From: Calditrichia bacterium
Lineage (GTDB): Bacteria > Calditrichota > Calditrichia > JAJRVZ01
Direction of reading: 5' to 3'
Length of the DNA stretch: 64,000 nucleotides
NCBI GenBank assembly: GCA_963796965.1
Contig: CAWCNS010000005.1
Span: forward strand, 64,001 to 128,000
Position 1 is the stretch's first letter; each line of letters opens with the position of its first letter. The notes beneath the pieces are model-generated. The model searched no databases. It was not told the DNA's origin and saw nothing but the letters and a program-made list of their open reading frames with translations. Position numbers and translations under genes: made by a program. Below, in pieces: positions 29,923 through 42,100 of this stretch.

Positions 29923-31584
29923 ATGAAAAATTTAATTGAAAAGGGCACTAAATGTCTTATCGTTCAGACAAAATTCTCAGAATTTAGCTTCTGGAATTAT
30001 CTTGAGATATGCAAAATTGCTGGAGCAAAGTATCCGGCTGCACCGTTAGGATTGTTAACTGTGGCAGCGCTGTTACCACAACATTGGGAGTTTAAATTAG
30101 TTGATGAAAATGTCGAACCTTTTCAGGCTGAACATTTTGAATGGGCAGATATTGTTTGTATTGGCGGTATGTTGCCTCAGCAACAAGGTATGATATCACT
30201 CATAAATAAAGTGCATCAGTATGATTGTACCGTTGTTATCGGTGGGCCGGATCCGTCATCTCAACCACATTTGTATCAATCGGCTGATTTTCTTGTTCAG
30301 GGTGAGGGGGAGGTCACCATTCCTATGTTTATCCAGGATTTGGAAAAAGGTTGTAAAAGTGGTGAATATAAATCAGATGATAAGGCAGATATGACCAATG
30401 CGGTTATTCCCAGGTTCGATCTAATACGCTTTCAGGATTATATCCAGGTTGGGATACAGTATTCCCGGGGCTGTCCTTTTAATTGCGAATTTTGTGATGT
30501 GATTGAACTTTACGGCCGAATACCACGAACAAAAACTTCCAAACAAGTTATTACAGAACTCCAGACACTTTATGATCTTGGCTATAGAGGCCATGTTGAT
30601 TTTGTTGATGACAATTTTATTGGAAACAAAAAGAATGTTAAGGAAGTCTTGCCTGTTATCAAAGAATGGTCTGAAAAAAATAAATATCCTTATTATTTTT
30701 CGACAGAATCCTCAATAAATATGGCAGATGATGAAAACTTACTGCAAATGATGAAGGATGTGGATTTTAGATTTGTTTTTGTAGGGATTGAGACGGCGGA
30801 AGATGAAATATTAAAATTGACAAACAAAAAACAAAATATGAACCGATCTATTGTAGATGCTGTAAATAAGATCTATTCATATGGTATGATTGTTAATGGC
30901 GGTTTTATTATTGGTTTTGATAATGAAACAGACCAAACTGCCGATCGCATGATTCAATGTATCCAGAATTCAGGAATTTGTATTGCGATGGTTGGAAAAT
31001 TATTTGCTTTGCCGCAAACACAATTGACAAGACGCCTGCAAAGAGAAGAGAGGCTGTTTGAGAATGCTTCAACATTAACTGATGTACAGAACGATTTGGA
31101 TCAACTGACAAGTGGGTTGAACTTTATAACGTCAAGACCGAGGCTGGATGTTTTGAAAGATTATGTCAGGATTGTAGAAGATCTGTATAAGCCGGAGCGC
31201 TATTATGAAAGAATCCTTTATACAGGGCTAAATTTAAATCCTGCTAATAAGTTTCGTCCAAATTTTATGAAAATATTAAAGTCCGGACGGGCCTTTTTTA
31301 AAGTGTGTTTAAAAGCGGGATTTAACAAAACAACCGGATGGCTCTATTGGAAAACATGTATGCGGGTTATTGTTAAAAATCCAAGGGCCATAGAAGCAAC
31401 CATTAATCTGGCTGCCATGTTTATTCATTTTTATAAGCAGTCTAAATTTGTTGTTGATCTTACGAATAATGAGATAAGTCTTATTGAAAAAGGGCAGAAG
31501 GTAAAATCCAATGAGTTAATGTTTCCGGTAGATAGAAAATCAAAAACATACAAAACATCATTACCAGCAGCGGTAAACCAATAG
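29923..31584 (+). CDS. B12-binding-domain radical SAM protein (DUF4070-type C-terminus)
   Basis: PLGLLTVAALLP, SRGCPFNCEFC, FVDDNFIG and GGFIIGFD motifs. Confidence 0.9.
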   Translation: MKNLIEKGTKCLIVQTKFSEFSFWNYLEICKIAGAKYPAAPLGLLTVAALLPQHWEFKLVDENVEPFQAEHFEWADIVCIGGMLPQQQGMISLINKVHQYDCTVVIGGPDPSSQPHLYQSADFLVQGEGEVTIPMFIQDLEKGCKSGEYKSDDKADMTNAVIPRFDLIRFQDYIQVGIQYSRGCPFNCEFCDVIELYGRIPRTKTSKQVITELQTLYDLGYRGHVDFVDDNFIGNKKNVKEVLPVIKEWSEKNKYPYYFSTESSINMADDENLLQMMKDVDFRFVFVGIETAEDEILKLTNKKQNMNRSIVDAVNKIYSYGMIVNGGFIIGFDNETDQTADRMIQCIQNSGICIAMVGKLFALPQTQLTRRLQREERLFENASTLTDVQNDLDQLTSGLNFITSRPRLDVLKDYVRIVEDLYKPERYYERILYTGLNLNPANKFRPNFMKILKSGRAFFKVCLKAGFNKTTGWLYWKTCMRVIVKNPRAIEATINLAAMFIHFYKQSKFVVDLTNNEISLIEKGQKVKSNELMFPVDRKSKTYKTSLPAAVNQ

Positions 31585-31594
31585 TATATATGGA

Positions 31595-31828
31595 TTATTG
31601 CCATTTCTTCCCATGACAGTCATAGCAAGACACGCCGGATGTTCCCCCGTCTAAAATCTCACCATGACAAGAAACACAATTAAGTTCGGGATTGTTTAGC
31701 CCTGTCTTATGCCTGACACCATCTTTATTTACCGTATGATCTTCAGGCGCATTTTCTGATTCTGTGGAATGACTACAAGCGAGTAGTGCTATCGTGACAA
31801 GAAGTAGTAAGAAGATTTTAAATTTCAT
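31595..31828 (-). CDS. Small dihaem cytochrome c lipoprotein
   Basis: Lipobox LLAC; CVSCH and CYDCH haem motifs. Confidence 0.8.
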   Translation of the reverse strand: MKFKIFLLLLVTIALLACSHSTESENAPEDHTVNKDGVRHKTGLNNPELNCVSCHGEILDGGTSGVSCYDCHGKKWQ

Positions 31829-31923
31829 TTTATATACCCCCATTTCTTCACTAGTAGTGTCATCCCGATAAATCGGGATAATTAATAATACAATATCGTT
31901 GATCGCTATTGTAAATGCTATTC

Positions 31924-32146
31924 AACGCAGAGAATGCTGAGTTCCGCAGAGTTTATTATATTCTTTCAAAGGGTTAATAACCCGTTATCAATCCGTCTTC
32001 AGTGATATAACATGAATTATTATTATCACTCCTACCTGTTTCTCTTTTAGATAGAGGTGAGTTAATATCTCGGGTTTATTAAATGTTGACAATTATTCTT
32101 TCACTCTAATGTGTAGTAGTAAAATTTTCTTCGCGTTCTCTGTGTT
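31924..32146. repeat. Inverted-repeat element with CGCAGAG-type ends
   Basis: AACGCAGAGAATGCTGAGTTCCGCAGAG ... TCTTCGCGTTCTCTGTGTT; a related half-copy lies at 24592-24620. Confidence 0.6.
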
Positions 32147-32441
32147 TATAAATTAGTTTACATTTTACTTCGAGTATGTTTAATATGCAATTTTTCACAG
32201 TAACCTTCCACATAAAATATAATTACTATAAATGCAAAAATAATTCATAAATGCTTCAGGTATGTATTTCGAATTAAACTGGTAAGAAGATGATTTGTTC
32301 AATACCAAATATATGTTGGTATAAGGAATAGGGTATAAGATATAAGGAAATAAGGTGACTCAAGATCCCGGTCTCAGAAAATTCTCTAATTTCTACTTCC
32401 ATAAATTGGCAGTATAATTGGAAAAAGGTGTATATTCGGTT

Positions 32442-33365
32442 ATGATCTTTAAAATATATTTCAACAATGTAGTTGATATCATTCTAATGACTTTTAGTGA
32501 ATGGATCAACGATAAAGCATTTAGAATGGCGGCAGCACTTTCCTTCTATTCATTGATATCTCTTGCCCCGTTTATCTTAATAATAACGGCTGTAGCAGGA
32601 TCCCTATTCGGACAACAAGCGGTTACCGGGCAATTGGTATCAAGTCTAGACGAGTATGTTGGCATTGAATCTGCAGAATTTATTCAAACACTCATTTTAA
32701 ATGCTTATGTTCCCGAATCCGGAATTGTTGCCACGCTGATTAGTCTGATTATATTTATCTGGGCAGCGCTTGCGGTTTTTGTTGAAATTAGAGATTCATT
32801 AAATACGATCTGGGGAATAGAAGTAAAACCCGGAAAGGGCATAATAGAGTTTTTTACCAGCAGGCTATTTTCACTTCTGATCATATTTTTAATCGGACTC
32901 GTTTTCATTTTATCACTCATTGCCGGCACATTATTAAATATGGTGGTTACCTATCTTCCTGATTTTATCGCTGAGAGTGTTATGCTTCTTCAGGGGCTGG
33001 ATATTCTTTTATCAATTATAATTGTGGCAATTCTATTTATGATTGTGGTTAAATATCTTTCAAGTGTTAAAGTAGAGTGGCGATATGTGTTAATTGGTGC
33101 ATTCTTTATGTCTGTATTATTTTACTTAGGGAAGTTTCTAATTGGGTATTACCTTAGTAAATCAAATTATTCATCCGTATATGGGGCTGCTGGATCCCTG
33201 GTGATGTTACTTCTTTGGATCTATTATTCGAGTCTGATTTTCTTTTTTAATGCTGAACTTACCCAAGTTATCAGGAATAAGTTTTCTAATAAATCCCTGG
33301 CTCTTGATGAGAATGTGTTAAACATTACCAAGGTGGGTGAGCAGGTTGAAGGGTATAAGGTATAA
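32442..33365 (+). CDS. YihY/BrkB family membrane protein
   Basis: AAALSFYSLISLAP, LNTIW and YGAAGSLVMLLLWIYYS motifs. Confidence 0.9.
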   Translation: MIFKIYFNNVVDIILMTFSEWINDKAFRMAAALSFYSLISLAPFILIITAVAGSLFGQQAVTGQLVSSLDEYVGIESAEFIQTLILNAYVPESGIVATLISLIIFIWAALAVFVEIRDSLNTIWGIEVKPGKGIIEFFTSRLFSLLIIFLIGLVFILSLIAGTLLNMVVTYLPDFIAESVMLLQGLDILLSIIIVAILFMIVVKYLSSVKVEWRYVLIGAFFMSVLFYLGKFLIGYYLSKSNYSSVYGAAGSLVMLLLWIYYSSLIFFFNAELTQVIRNKFSNKSLALDENVLNITKVGEQVEGYKV

Positions 33366-33405
33366 GGAAATAAGGTAACCGGTAATACTAATAGATGGGG
33401 CACAT

Positions 33406-34032
33406 ATGGATATTCAAAAAATTTTTAAAAACAACAACGATTGGGTACAAAAAAAACTGAGTACAGATCCGAATTATTTTAAAAACTTGTCCAAGGATCA
33501 GGATCCGGATATACTCTTAATCGGATGCTCTGACAGCAGGGTGCATATTGAAGAATTAATGGGCGTTCAACCGGGAGATGTCTTTATCCACAGAAATATT
33601 GCCAATATGGTTCCAAATACAGACTTAAATGTACTCTCGGTGATTGATTATGCTGTAACACAATTAAATGTTAATCATATTGTGGTATGTGGGCATTATC
33701 ATTGCGCTGGTGTGAAAGCGGCCATGCATTCAGCTGATATGGGAATTGTGAATTCCTGGTTAAGAAATATCCGCGATGTTTATCGTCTTCATAAAGAAGA
33801 ATTAAACCAGATTGTTGACGAAGAACAGAGATATAAACGACTCGTCGAATTAAACGTTCGGGAACAATGTATAAATGTCATAAAGACATCTGATGTACAG
33901 CGCGCCTATCTTGATAGAAAAATCACCGTGCATGGGTGGGTTTTTGATATTCATTCAGGAAAATTAATTGATTTAAAAATTGACTTCAGAAAAGCAATGC
34001 AAGATGTTATGGACATCTATCGTCAAAAGTAA
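33406..34032 (+). CDS. can: Beta-class carbonic anhydrase
   Basis: IGCSDSRV, FIHRNIAN and CGHYHC zinc ligands. Confidence 0.93.
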   Translation: MDIQKIFKNNNDWVQKKLSTDPNYFKNLSKDQDPDILLIGCSDSRVHIEELMGVQPGDVFIHRNIANMVPNTDLNVLSVIDYAVTQLNVNHIVVCGHYHCAGVKAAMHSADMGIVNSWLRNIRDVYRLHKEELNQIVDEEQRYKRLVELNVREQCINVIKTSDVQRAYLDRKITVHGWVFDIHSGKLIDLKIDFRKAMQDVMDIYRQK

Positions 34033-34305
34033 ATAGATTTAATCTGTAGAATTTCTTTATTCCCATATTTTTTTTTGACACGCTGAAAGTATCGATTGGA
34101 TTAATCGAAATTTATTATCGTATATAACTAATTACTATATACTTACGCCCTCCTGAATCCTTTCCTATACCCCGCCCGGGTGGCAAGAATTTAAAAAATG
34201 CAATAAATTACCCATGACCAATGCTTATTTTTCGAAAAATCTGGGCTTCGTCATAGGCTTGGTAGTAAGTTTTTCAAACTCCAAAAGTCAATCAGGTGAT
34301 GAACA

Positions 34306-35313
34306 ATGAAATATATATTTATTCTATTATTGCTAGGCACCAGCCTTTATGCCTCATCCAAAAACGATTCGCTTGTTTTTAAGAATGGAAACATTATGGT
34401 GGGCGAGATTAAATCCATGGATCGTGGTTTGGTGGTTGTGGAAACTGACTATAGCGATAGCGATTTTAAAATTGATTGGGAAGAGATCCGAACCATTAAC
34501 ACGACAACCTTATTTTTTATTACGTTGACCAATGGTGAAAAATACTATGGTACATTAAAGTCGGATTCAGAATTAACCATCAATATTCTAACTGTCGACG
34601 ATAGAGTTGTGGCGTGTATTTCAGACGAAATCGTATTTCTTCGACAATTTAAAAAAGCATTCTGGGACAGACTATATGCTTCTATCGATATAGGTTTTAG
34701 TCTGACCAAAGCAAATAATTTGCGTCAGTTTACTTCCCGTAGTACGATAGGCTTTAGAGCTGAGAAGTGGACGTTAGATGCAACATTTAATACGCTTAAT
34801 TCAACACAAGATGATGTTGAGTCCATTGAACGAAGTGATGGTAAAATTGATTATCGTTATGTCCTACCACAAAGTTGGTATGCTATTACCACTATTTCTT
34901 TAGCCTCCAATACAGAGCAGAAGCTGGATAATCGGTTAAATGGGCAGCTCGGTTTTGGTAGATTTTTTATCCGAACCAATTCTGCCTATTGGGGAGTAAA
35001 TTTAGGTGTAAACAGGAATATTGAGCGCTATACCAATGAAACACCAGACCGGGATAGCTGGGAAGGATATCTTGCCACTGAGTTAAATTTATATGACATT
35101 GGCGATTTTAGCTTGTTAACCAGTGTGAAGGCCTACCCTGGAATTACAGCAAAAGAAAGAATTCGAGCTGAATATACCCTGGATACGAAATATGACCTAC
35201 CCTATGATTTCTATATAAAAGTTGGTATGACAATAAATTATGACAACAGGCCCGCTGAAGGAGCAAGCGAAATCGATTATGTGTTTCAGACCGGTTTTGG
35301 GTGGGAATGGTAG
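34306..35313 (+). CDS. DUF481-like outer-membrane beta-barrel protein
   Basis: Signal peptide, amphipathic beta-strands, terminal FGWEW. Confidence 0.7.
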   Translation: MKYIFILLLLGTSLYASSKNDSLVFKNGNIMVGEIKSMDRGLVVVETDYSDSDFKIDWEEIRTINTTTLFFITLTNGEKYYGTLKSDSELTINILTVDDRVVACISDEIVFLRQFKKAFWDRLYASIDIGFSLTKANNLRQFTSRSTIGFRAEKWTLDATFNTLNSTQDDVESIERSDGKIDYRYVLPQSWYAITTISLASNTEQKLDNRLNGQLGFGRFFIRTNSAYWGVNLGVNRNIERYTNETPDRDSWEGYLATELNLYDIGDFSLLTSVKAYPGITAKERIRAEYTLDTKYDLPYDFYIKVGMTINYDNRPAEGASEIDYVFQTGFGWEW

Positions 35314-35649
35314 GCACTATTTTGGAATTAGGAATTAGGATTTTGGATGCTGATGTAAGTGATGTAAATACTAATTGGGAGGAGCGTGTAAAAGCAGAAG
35401 ACATTTCATTTGATTAGTTGAGTTTTATTGGCCGGACCAATTTTGTCTTAAGTCTGGATCTATCTCTAAGTAGAGAACTTGCCGGTCGAAACGAATGGAC
35501 GCTCTGGCAAAATACAACCGAGTTTAGTATGCGCTATTTGTTTTAGTACATACCTGATTTTTTTGTCATTAGGCAAATAGTCTATAATCTTCCTTATTTC
35601 TGTAGAATTTCTACAAATTTAATCACTAAATTTCAGTCAAAAACATAAT

Positions 35650-36324
35650 ATGAAGTTACTTCTGGTAGAAGATAATATCCGCTTAGCGGAGGATATGCTG
35701 AACTTCCTGGTCAGCAATGGATTCGTAGTTGAACATGCGGCTACATTGCAGGAAGGATTTGAAAAAATTAATGTATATCAATACGATTTGGTTATTGTTG
35801 ATATTGGATTACCGGATGGCAATGGATTAGAGTTAATACGGAAAATGAAAGAAAAAGGAATGGATACTGCCATTCTTATTGTAACAGCAAAAAATGCGAT
35901 AGAAGATAAAGTCCACGGACTTGATTTGGGTGCTGATGATTATATTACCAAACCTTTCCATAAATCTGAATTAAATGCGCGGATTCGATCAATATTGCGT
36001 CGAAATAAATTTAACAGCAGCAACATTCTAAGTATGAATGAAGTTAAAATTGATATTATCGCCGCACAAACTTTCGTTAATGACAACCCAATCCTGTTAA
36101 CAAAAAAGGAGTATGATTTACTACTGTACTTTATGTATAACCAGAACCGGGTATTGACCAAAGACAGTATTGCTGAACATTTATGGGGTGATCATATTGA
36201 TCAGGCGGATAGTTTTGACTTTTTATATAATCATATAAAAAATTTACGAAAAAAAATTATTAACGCCGGCGGTAAAGATTACATAAAATCCATGTATGGT
36301 ATGGGATATAAATTTTGTGAATAA
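35650..36324 (+). CDS. OmpR-family response regulator
   Basis: LLVED, DIGLPDGNG, GADDYITKPF and HIKNLRKK winged helix. Confidence 0.93.
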   Translation: MKLLLVEDNIRLAEDMLNFLVSNGFVVEHAATLQEGFEKINVYQYDLVIVDIGLPDGNGLELIRKMKEKGMDTAILIVTAKNAIEDKVHGLDLGADDYITKPFHKSELNARIRSILRRNKFNSSNILSMNEVKIDIIAAQTFVNDNPILLTKKEYDLLLYFMYNQNRVLTKDSIAEHLWGDHIDQADSFDFLYNHIKNLRKKIINAGGKDYIKSMYGMGYKFCE

Positions 36325-36329
36325 TTCTT

Positions 36330-37620
36330 ATGAAAAAATTAAAATCAATTAGACTTTTATCTAAGACCACATTCTTTTATCTGATTTTTACTTTCCTGGC
36401 CTTTTCTTTAAGCGCGGTTTTTTTAATACAAGATGCTGAAGAGTTTATTAATGAAGAATTAGAGCATCGTTTTGAGCACACTGAAAGAAAGATTCGACGA
36501 CAGGTAGAAGAAGGGAATGTTCCGGTCAAAGTATTACGCAATGCTGTTTTATCCGAATTGGCAGGTAATTCCGAAACATCTCCTGACCACGGTATATTCA
36601 GATACATTGATTTTTAATGCTGAAACAGATGAGATGCAACTCTATCGAAAAAAAATCATCATCTTCAAAGAAAAGGATAAATACTATAAACTCACGATCA
36701 TTAAAAGTCTCCAGGATTTTTACCGGTTAAAAAATGATATTTTCGGAGCATTAATCCCGGCCTTCGCTATATTGGCCATTGCCCTTATTTTATTCAGTTC
36801 CTTTTTATCAGGTTCATTGTTTAAACCATTTAATAAGATACTATCACAAATGAGAACCTATAAAGTTGGATCAGAATATGAAATTAAGAATGTCAATACC
36901 ACTACAAGTGAATTTAAAAAAATGCAACAGTTGTATCACGAAATGGTCGGTCGAATTGAGCATGATTACCGGAACTTGAAAGAGTATACAGAAAACATGG
37001 CCCATGAAATTCAAACACCCTTAACTATAATTAGAAATAAAACAGAAAACCTGATAGGAGATGAGGCGGTGATGGAAGTTCATGCCTCCTCGGTGAAAAT
37101 AATATATGATGAAACCAATCACATCTCCAAATTAGGAAACACATTAAATCTACTTACAAAAATAGAGAATCAGGAATTTCGAAATGCTGAACAAATTTCA
37201 ACTCAGGCTGTTATTGAAAAACATCTTGAATCAATATCTGAAGTTGCCAGACTAAAATCCCTTGTAATAGAAAAAAAATTATCTGAAGAGCATGTTTTAC
37301 TCATTGATCCATTTTTGCTCGATATCGTCTTGAAAAATCTCTTACGCAATGCCCTTCGTTATGGAAGCAAAGAAGGACCTATCAGGATTGAAACGAATGC
37401 CGATAGTTTCTCTCTAAGCAACTACGGCAAACCGTTGGGAGAAGGACAGGAACGACTTTTTGAACGGTTCTTCAGGGAAAATGGGACACAAACGGCTCAA
37501 GGATTGGGCTTGTCATTGGTAAAAAAAATATGCGATCTCAATAATCTGACCATTAAATATGAATATAAAAATAATCAGCACATATTTACAATCGTGATAA
37601 ACGATAAGCATCTCACATAA
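36330..37620 (+). CDS. Sensor histidine kinase (frameshift near 36580)
   Basis: Two TM segments; H-box MAHEIQTPL, N-box NLLRNALRY, GLGLSLV. Confidence 0.88.
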
Positions 37621-37649
37621 AATTTTTTAACAAAAAATGGAGCTGATTA

Positions 37650-38852
37650 ATGCGGAAGATGATTTTAAACCATAATAATTTTATCGCAAAATTATTTTTT
37701 AGTTTTCTCAAAATGCCGACCTCTAACTCTTTTAATACTATCAAAGGGTGTATCTTCCTAAGCACTTTTATTTTAATTGCTATATCTCTGTTATCAGGAT
37801 GTGGAAGTGATAAAGCTGGGGAAAATCAGAGTAACGATCCTGGTAAATCTGAAGGCAGTGATTCTAATATCTCAGCTGCCATACCTGTTCAGGCGGTTGC
37901 AGTAAAAAGGGGTGAAATCTCTCTTTCACTCATGCAAACGACGACCATTGAAGCCATACGCCAGGTCGACATATTAACAAAAGTATCAGGTCAGGTTGTA
38001 AAACTACCCGTTGAAGAAGGGGATAGGGTAAAAAAAGGTGAATTATTAGCCGAATTGAATGAGGCGGAATTACAAATTGAATTCATGATGACTAAAGTCA
38101 GTATGGAAACGGATAAAACCATGCTTGACCGTGCTCAGAATATGCTCGATAAAAAGCTTATTGCTGAAGAAAACTATGAGATAACCCGGTTGCAATATGA
38201 GAGTTCCAAGGCCGCCCATGAAGCGGCGCGTCTTCAATTGGGATATACAAACGTGCGGGCACCATTTAATAGCGTGGTCACAATCAGAAATATTGAGATG
38301 GGGCAACGGGTTAATGTGAACCAGTCACTCTTTGTTGTAGCTGACTTCAATCCTTTAAGGGCAAAAATATATGTTCCGGAAAAAGATATTGGTCGTATAT
38401 ATGAGGGGCAAAGAGCGAAAATTACTATTGAAGCTGAACCTGATTTCGAATTCTCTGGTCTGGTAAAAATGATTAGTCCTGTGGTTGACCCTTCCAGTGG
38501 AACCTCAAAAGTTACAATTGATATTGATGATCATGGAGGAAAACTAAAGCCTGGTATGTTTGCATCAGTTTTTATCACAACAGAAACCCATAGTGACGCC
38601 TTAATTATACCCAAAAAGGCGTTAATATTGGAAAGTGACCTTGATCAGGTTTATATCTATAATGATGGAAATGCCCATAAGGTTAATCTCGTGGTAGGTT
38701 TTAATTCTGGTGAAGATTTAGAAGTGCTTTCTGGTCTGAAAGAGGGAGATCTTGTTGTTACTGCGGGTCAGGATGGTCTGCGAGAAGGCTTACCTCTTAG
38801 AATTCCTGAGAGGGATTCAAATCTTACACAGACACGAAATGATTCCATTTGA
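37650..38852 (+). CDS. RND efflux periplasmic adaptor (MFP), lipoprotein
   Basis: LSGC lipobox; VEEGDRVKKGELLA, RAPF, LKPGMF and GLKEGDLVV motifs. The start codon is uncertain. Confidence 0.9.
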   Translation: MRKMILNHNNFIAKLFFSFLKMPTSNSFNTIKGCIFLSTFILIAISLLSGCGSDKAGENQSNDPGKSEGSDSNISAAIPVQAVAVKRGEISLSLMQTTTIEAIRQVDILTKVSGQVVKLPVEEGDRVKKGELLAELNEAELQIEFMMTKVSMETDKTMLDRAQNMLDKKLIAEENYEITRLQYESSKAAHEAARLQLGYTNVRAPFNSVVTIRNIEMGQRVNVNQSLFVVADFNPLRAKIYVPEKDIGRIYEGQRAKITIEAEPDFEFSGLVKMISPVVDPSSGTSKVTIDIDDHGGKLKPGMFASVFITTETHSDALIIPKKALILESDLDQVYIYNDGNAHKVNLVVGFNSGEDLEVLSGLKEGDLVVTAGQDGLREGLPLRIPERDSNLTQTRNDSI

Positions 38853-39008
38853 ATGAAGGATAAGATTGGGATATCACCTTACGGCCCTATCTATCCTAAA
38901 GGCGGCGTCAAAATCTGCATGAAAAAATAAAAATGGGAGCCATAGAGTACCTGGAGGGGATTAAAGGGTAGAGGTCCTGGTTGTTAATGATACTCTATGA
39001 ATTCAATT

Positions 39009-39072
39009 AGACCCTGAAACAAGTTGATCAGGGTATGACGTATATGTCATCCCGAACTTGATTCGGGGTCTC
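39009..39072. repeat. Pair of REP-like palindromes
   Basis: AGACCCTGAAACAAGTTGATCAGGGTATGAC and GTCATCCCGAACTTGATTCGGGGTCT. Confidence 0.7.
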
Positions 39073-39109
39073 ATTAGGTGATGAATAGCCAAACAAAGGT
39101 ACTACATAT

Positions 39110-42100
39110 ATGAATATCTCAGAATTCTCTGTAAATAAACCAATTTCAATGCTTATGCTCATATTGAGTATCATTGTGCTGGGATTTCTGGCATTGGAGC
39201 GATTGCCCCTGGCCTTCCTGCCCAATTTTTCATCGGATGATGTGGATATCAATATCCCCTATATCTCATCATCGCCTGAAGAAGTGGAGAGACTTATTAC
39301 CCGGCCAATTGAGGAAATCATGAGTACACTTCCGCATTTGGAAAATATCAGTTCAAGTTCATCGGCAGAAGGATCTAGAATCGAAGTAGAATTTGTTGAC
39401 GGTATCGATATGGGTATGGCTGCGGTGGGGGTGCGTGACCGGTTGGATCGGGTTTGGCCGCAACTTCCCGATGATGTGGATCGCATATTTATCAGAAGAT
39501 GGAGTTCGACAGATATTCCGGTTCTTCGGTTTAGTATTGCCTGGGAGGGATCTCTTGATGAACTCCACGACATCATAAATAAAATACTGGTGCCACGTAT
39601 TCAGCGTATTGAAGGTGTGGCCAATATCGATCTTGGGGGAATAGATGAGCGTCATGTATTAGTCGAATTAGATTTTGAACGGATGCGGGCGCATCATATC
39701 GATGTCTATGATTTGAGCCGCAGTTTGCGTGTAAATAATGTTAATATCGCAGGCGGGTGGATCATTGAAGCCGGGCGCAAACATACGGTACGAACAATGG
39801 GAGAATTTCAATCTGTCGAGGAGATTGCCCAGGTACCAATACAGGGTACGCAATTGGTTCTGGGTGATATCGCCAATGTGAAATTTGGGTATCCGGAAAA
39901 AACAAGATTTCAGAGACTTAATCGCAATGATGCGATCGTTGTCGATGTTTTTAAGTCATCAACGGCAAATGTGGTTGAGGTGGCCACAAATGTAAAAAGC
40001 CTGTTAAAAGAATTGCAGGGTGAGTCTAATCTCTCCAATCTAAATATGCACATTGTCCGTGATCAATCAGAAGAAATTCTGACCAGTTTAAAAAATCTAG
40101 CCTATGCAGGTATCTTTGGGGCAGTTTTAGCAACCCTGGTGCTCTTTATATTTTTACGCAAAGTACGCAGCACCATCATTATCTCTTTTGCAATTCCCAT
40201 CTCAATTATCGCCACAGCGTTCCTAATGTATATATTACGGTTAGCGCCTTTTAACTCACAAATTACGCTAAACATTGTTTCACTTTCGGGCCTCATGTTT
40301 GCTGTGGGTATGCTCGTCGATCCAGCGGTTGTGGTATTGGAAAATATCTTCAGACATAAACAGGAGGAAGGATTAAGTGCCCGCATGGCAGCTATTGTGG
40401 GATCTCGTGAGGTGTCTGTTGCCGTCGTCTCCGCCACGCTTACAACTGTCATTGTTTTCGTACCTCTCGTTTTCCTGTCAGAATCATCGATGGGTAGATG
40501 GTCCCGGGATTTTGGTATCGCTATCGTAACGGCCACACTCGCCAGTTTAGTGATTAGTCTTACCTTAATTCCCTTAGCCGCATCTCGGATTTTTACCGGC
40601 AAAGAGAGGCCTCAGGCAGGTTTTTTGATACGTATGGGTGATTCTTACGGTGAGACACTAAAAAAAGTCATCAAATATCGATTTGCAGCGTTGCTTGTTT
40701 TTATGGCCATTAGTTGGGGAGCATGGGAATTGTATGAGAGCATTGACAGAGATTGGCAACCACGCATCCCAGAACGAAGATTTGATCTGGCAATGGATCT
40801 TCCCCGGACTTACGATGTCACTCAAATCGAGGCGTTGTATGATACCCTGGAAACCATACTCCTCGATCAAAAAGAGAGTCTGGAGATTTCTCAGGTATCC
40901 AGCCGATATATGAAACATCGCGGTCATTATCATGCCAATTTAACGATTTATTTTACACCGGAAGAGGAGGCTAAAAAAGAAACAACCGATTTGTACAATG
41001 ATGTTCGGGCGGTATTGCCTCCGATCCCTGGTGTTCAATACAGGGTTGGGGAAATGCGTGGGCGGGGTGGACGTCAAATGGGTGTAAGAGTGCAATTGAA
41101 AGGAAAGAATACAGCGATTCTGGCTAATTATGCAGAAGAAATTAAAAATCTTCTCCGGGATATACCAGGGGTAAAGGATATCGATACATCGCTTGAACAG
41201 GGTGAGGAAGAAATGCGTATTACGGTGGATCGGGTGCGTGCCCAGAAATATGGCCTTTCTGCCCAACAGGTTGCACGATCAATCAACTCGGCTCTTAGCA
41301 GCCGCTCCAACTCCCGTTTCAAAACAGAGGATAAAGAAGTAAACATACTGGTGCAACTCTCTGAAGAAGACCGGGTGAACCTGAATCAACTGGAAAATAT
41401 GGCGATTCGCAGTAATAGTGGTGAAATGGTTCAGATCGGATCGGTTGTAGATTTTGACCTGCAAAAAGGACCGGATGCGATCCGCCGGGAAGACCGTCAA
41501 ACGACGATAACGGTATTTGCCAATACGGAACGGGCCGGTCTGCGAAATGTCAGTGAGGAAATTACTAAGAAAATGGCCTCTGTAAAACTGCCGCCGGGAT
41601 ATGGTTGGGGGCTGGGGCGTAATTGGATGCTCATGCGGGAAATGGAAACAGAATCAAATTTTGCTATTATTTTAGCCCTAATACTTGTGTATATCGTTAT
41701 GGCTTCATTATTTGAGTCCTTTATCCATCCGTTTACGATACTGCTAACTGTCCCATTTGCTGTTATTGGTGTTCTTTTTATGTTCTGGGCAACCAACACT
41801 AATCTAACAAATATGGCCTATCTGGGAATTATTGTAGTTTGTGGTCTGGTTGTTAATAATGGGATTATCCTAATCGATGCGATCAATAAATTCCGCCGAA
41901 AAGGAATGCCGCGGGAAGAGGCGATAAGGCTTGGTGGACGAAACCGGTTACGACCGATTCTGATGACCACACTAACGACAATCATTGGTCTTATGCCATT
42001 GGCCTTACCGGCAATGTTTCCGGCTTTCTTCGGACCGCAAGAGGGAAGATCTGCCATGTATACGCCGGTTGGGCTAGCGGTTGTTGGGGGATTATTAACC

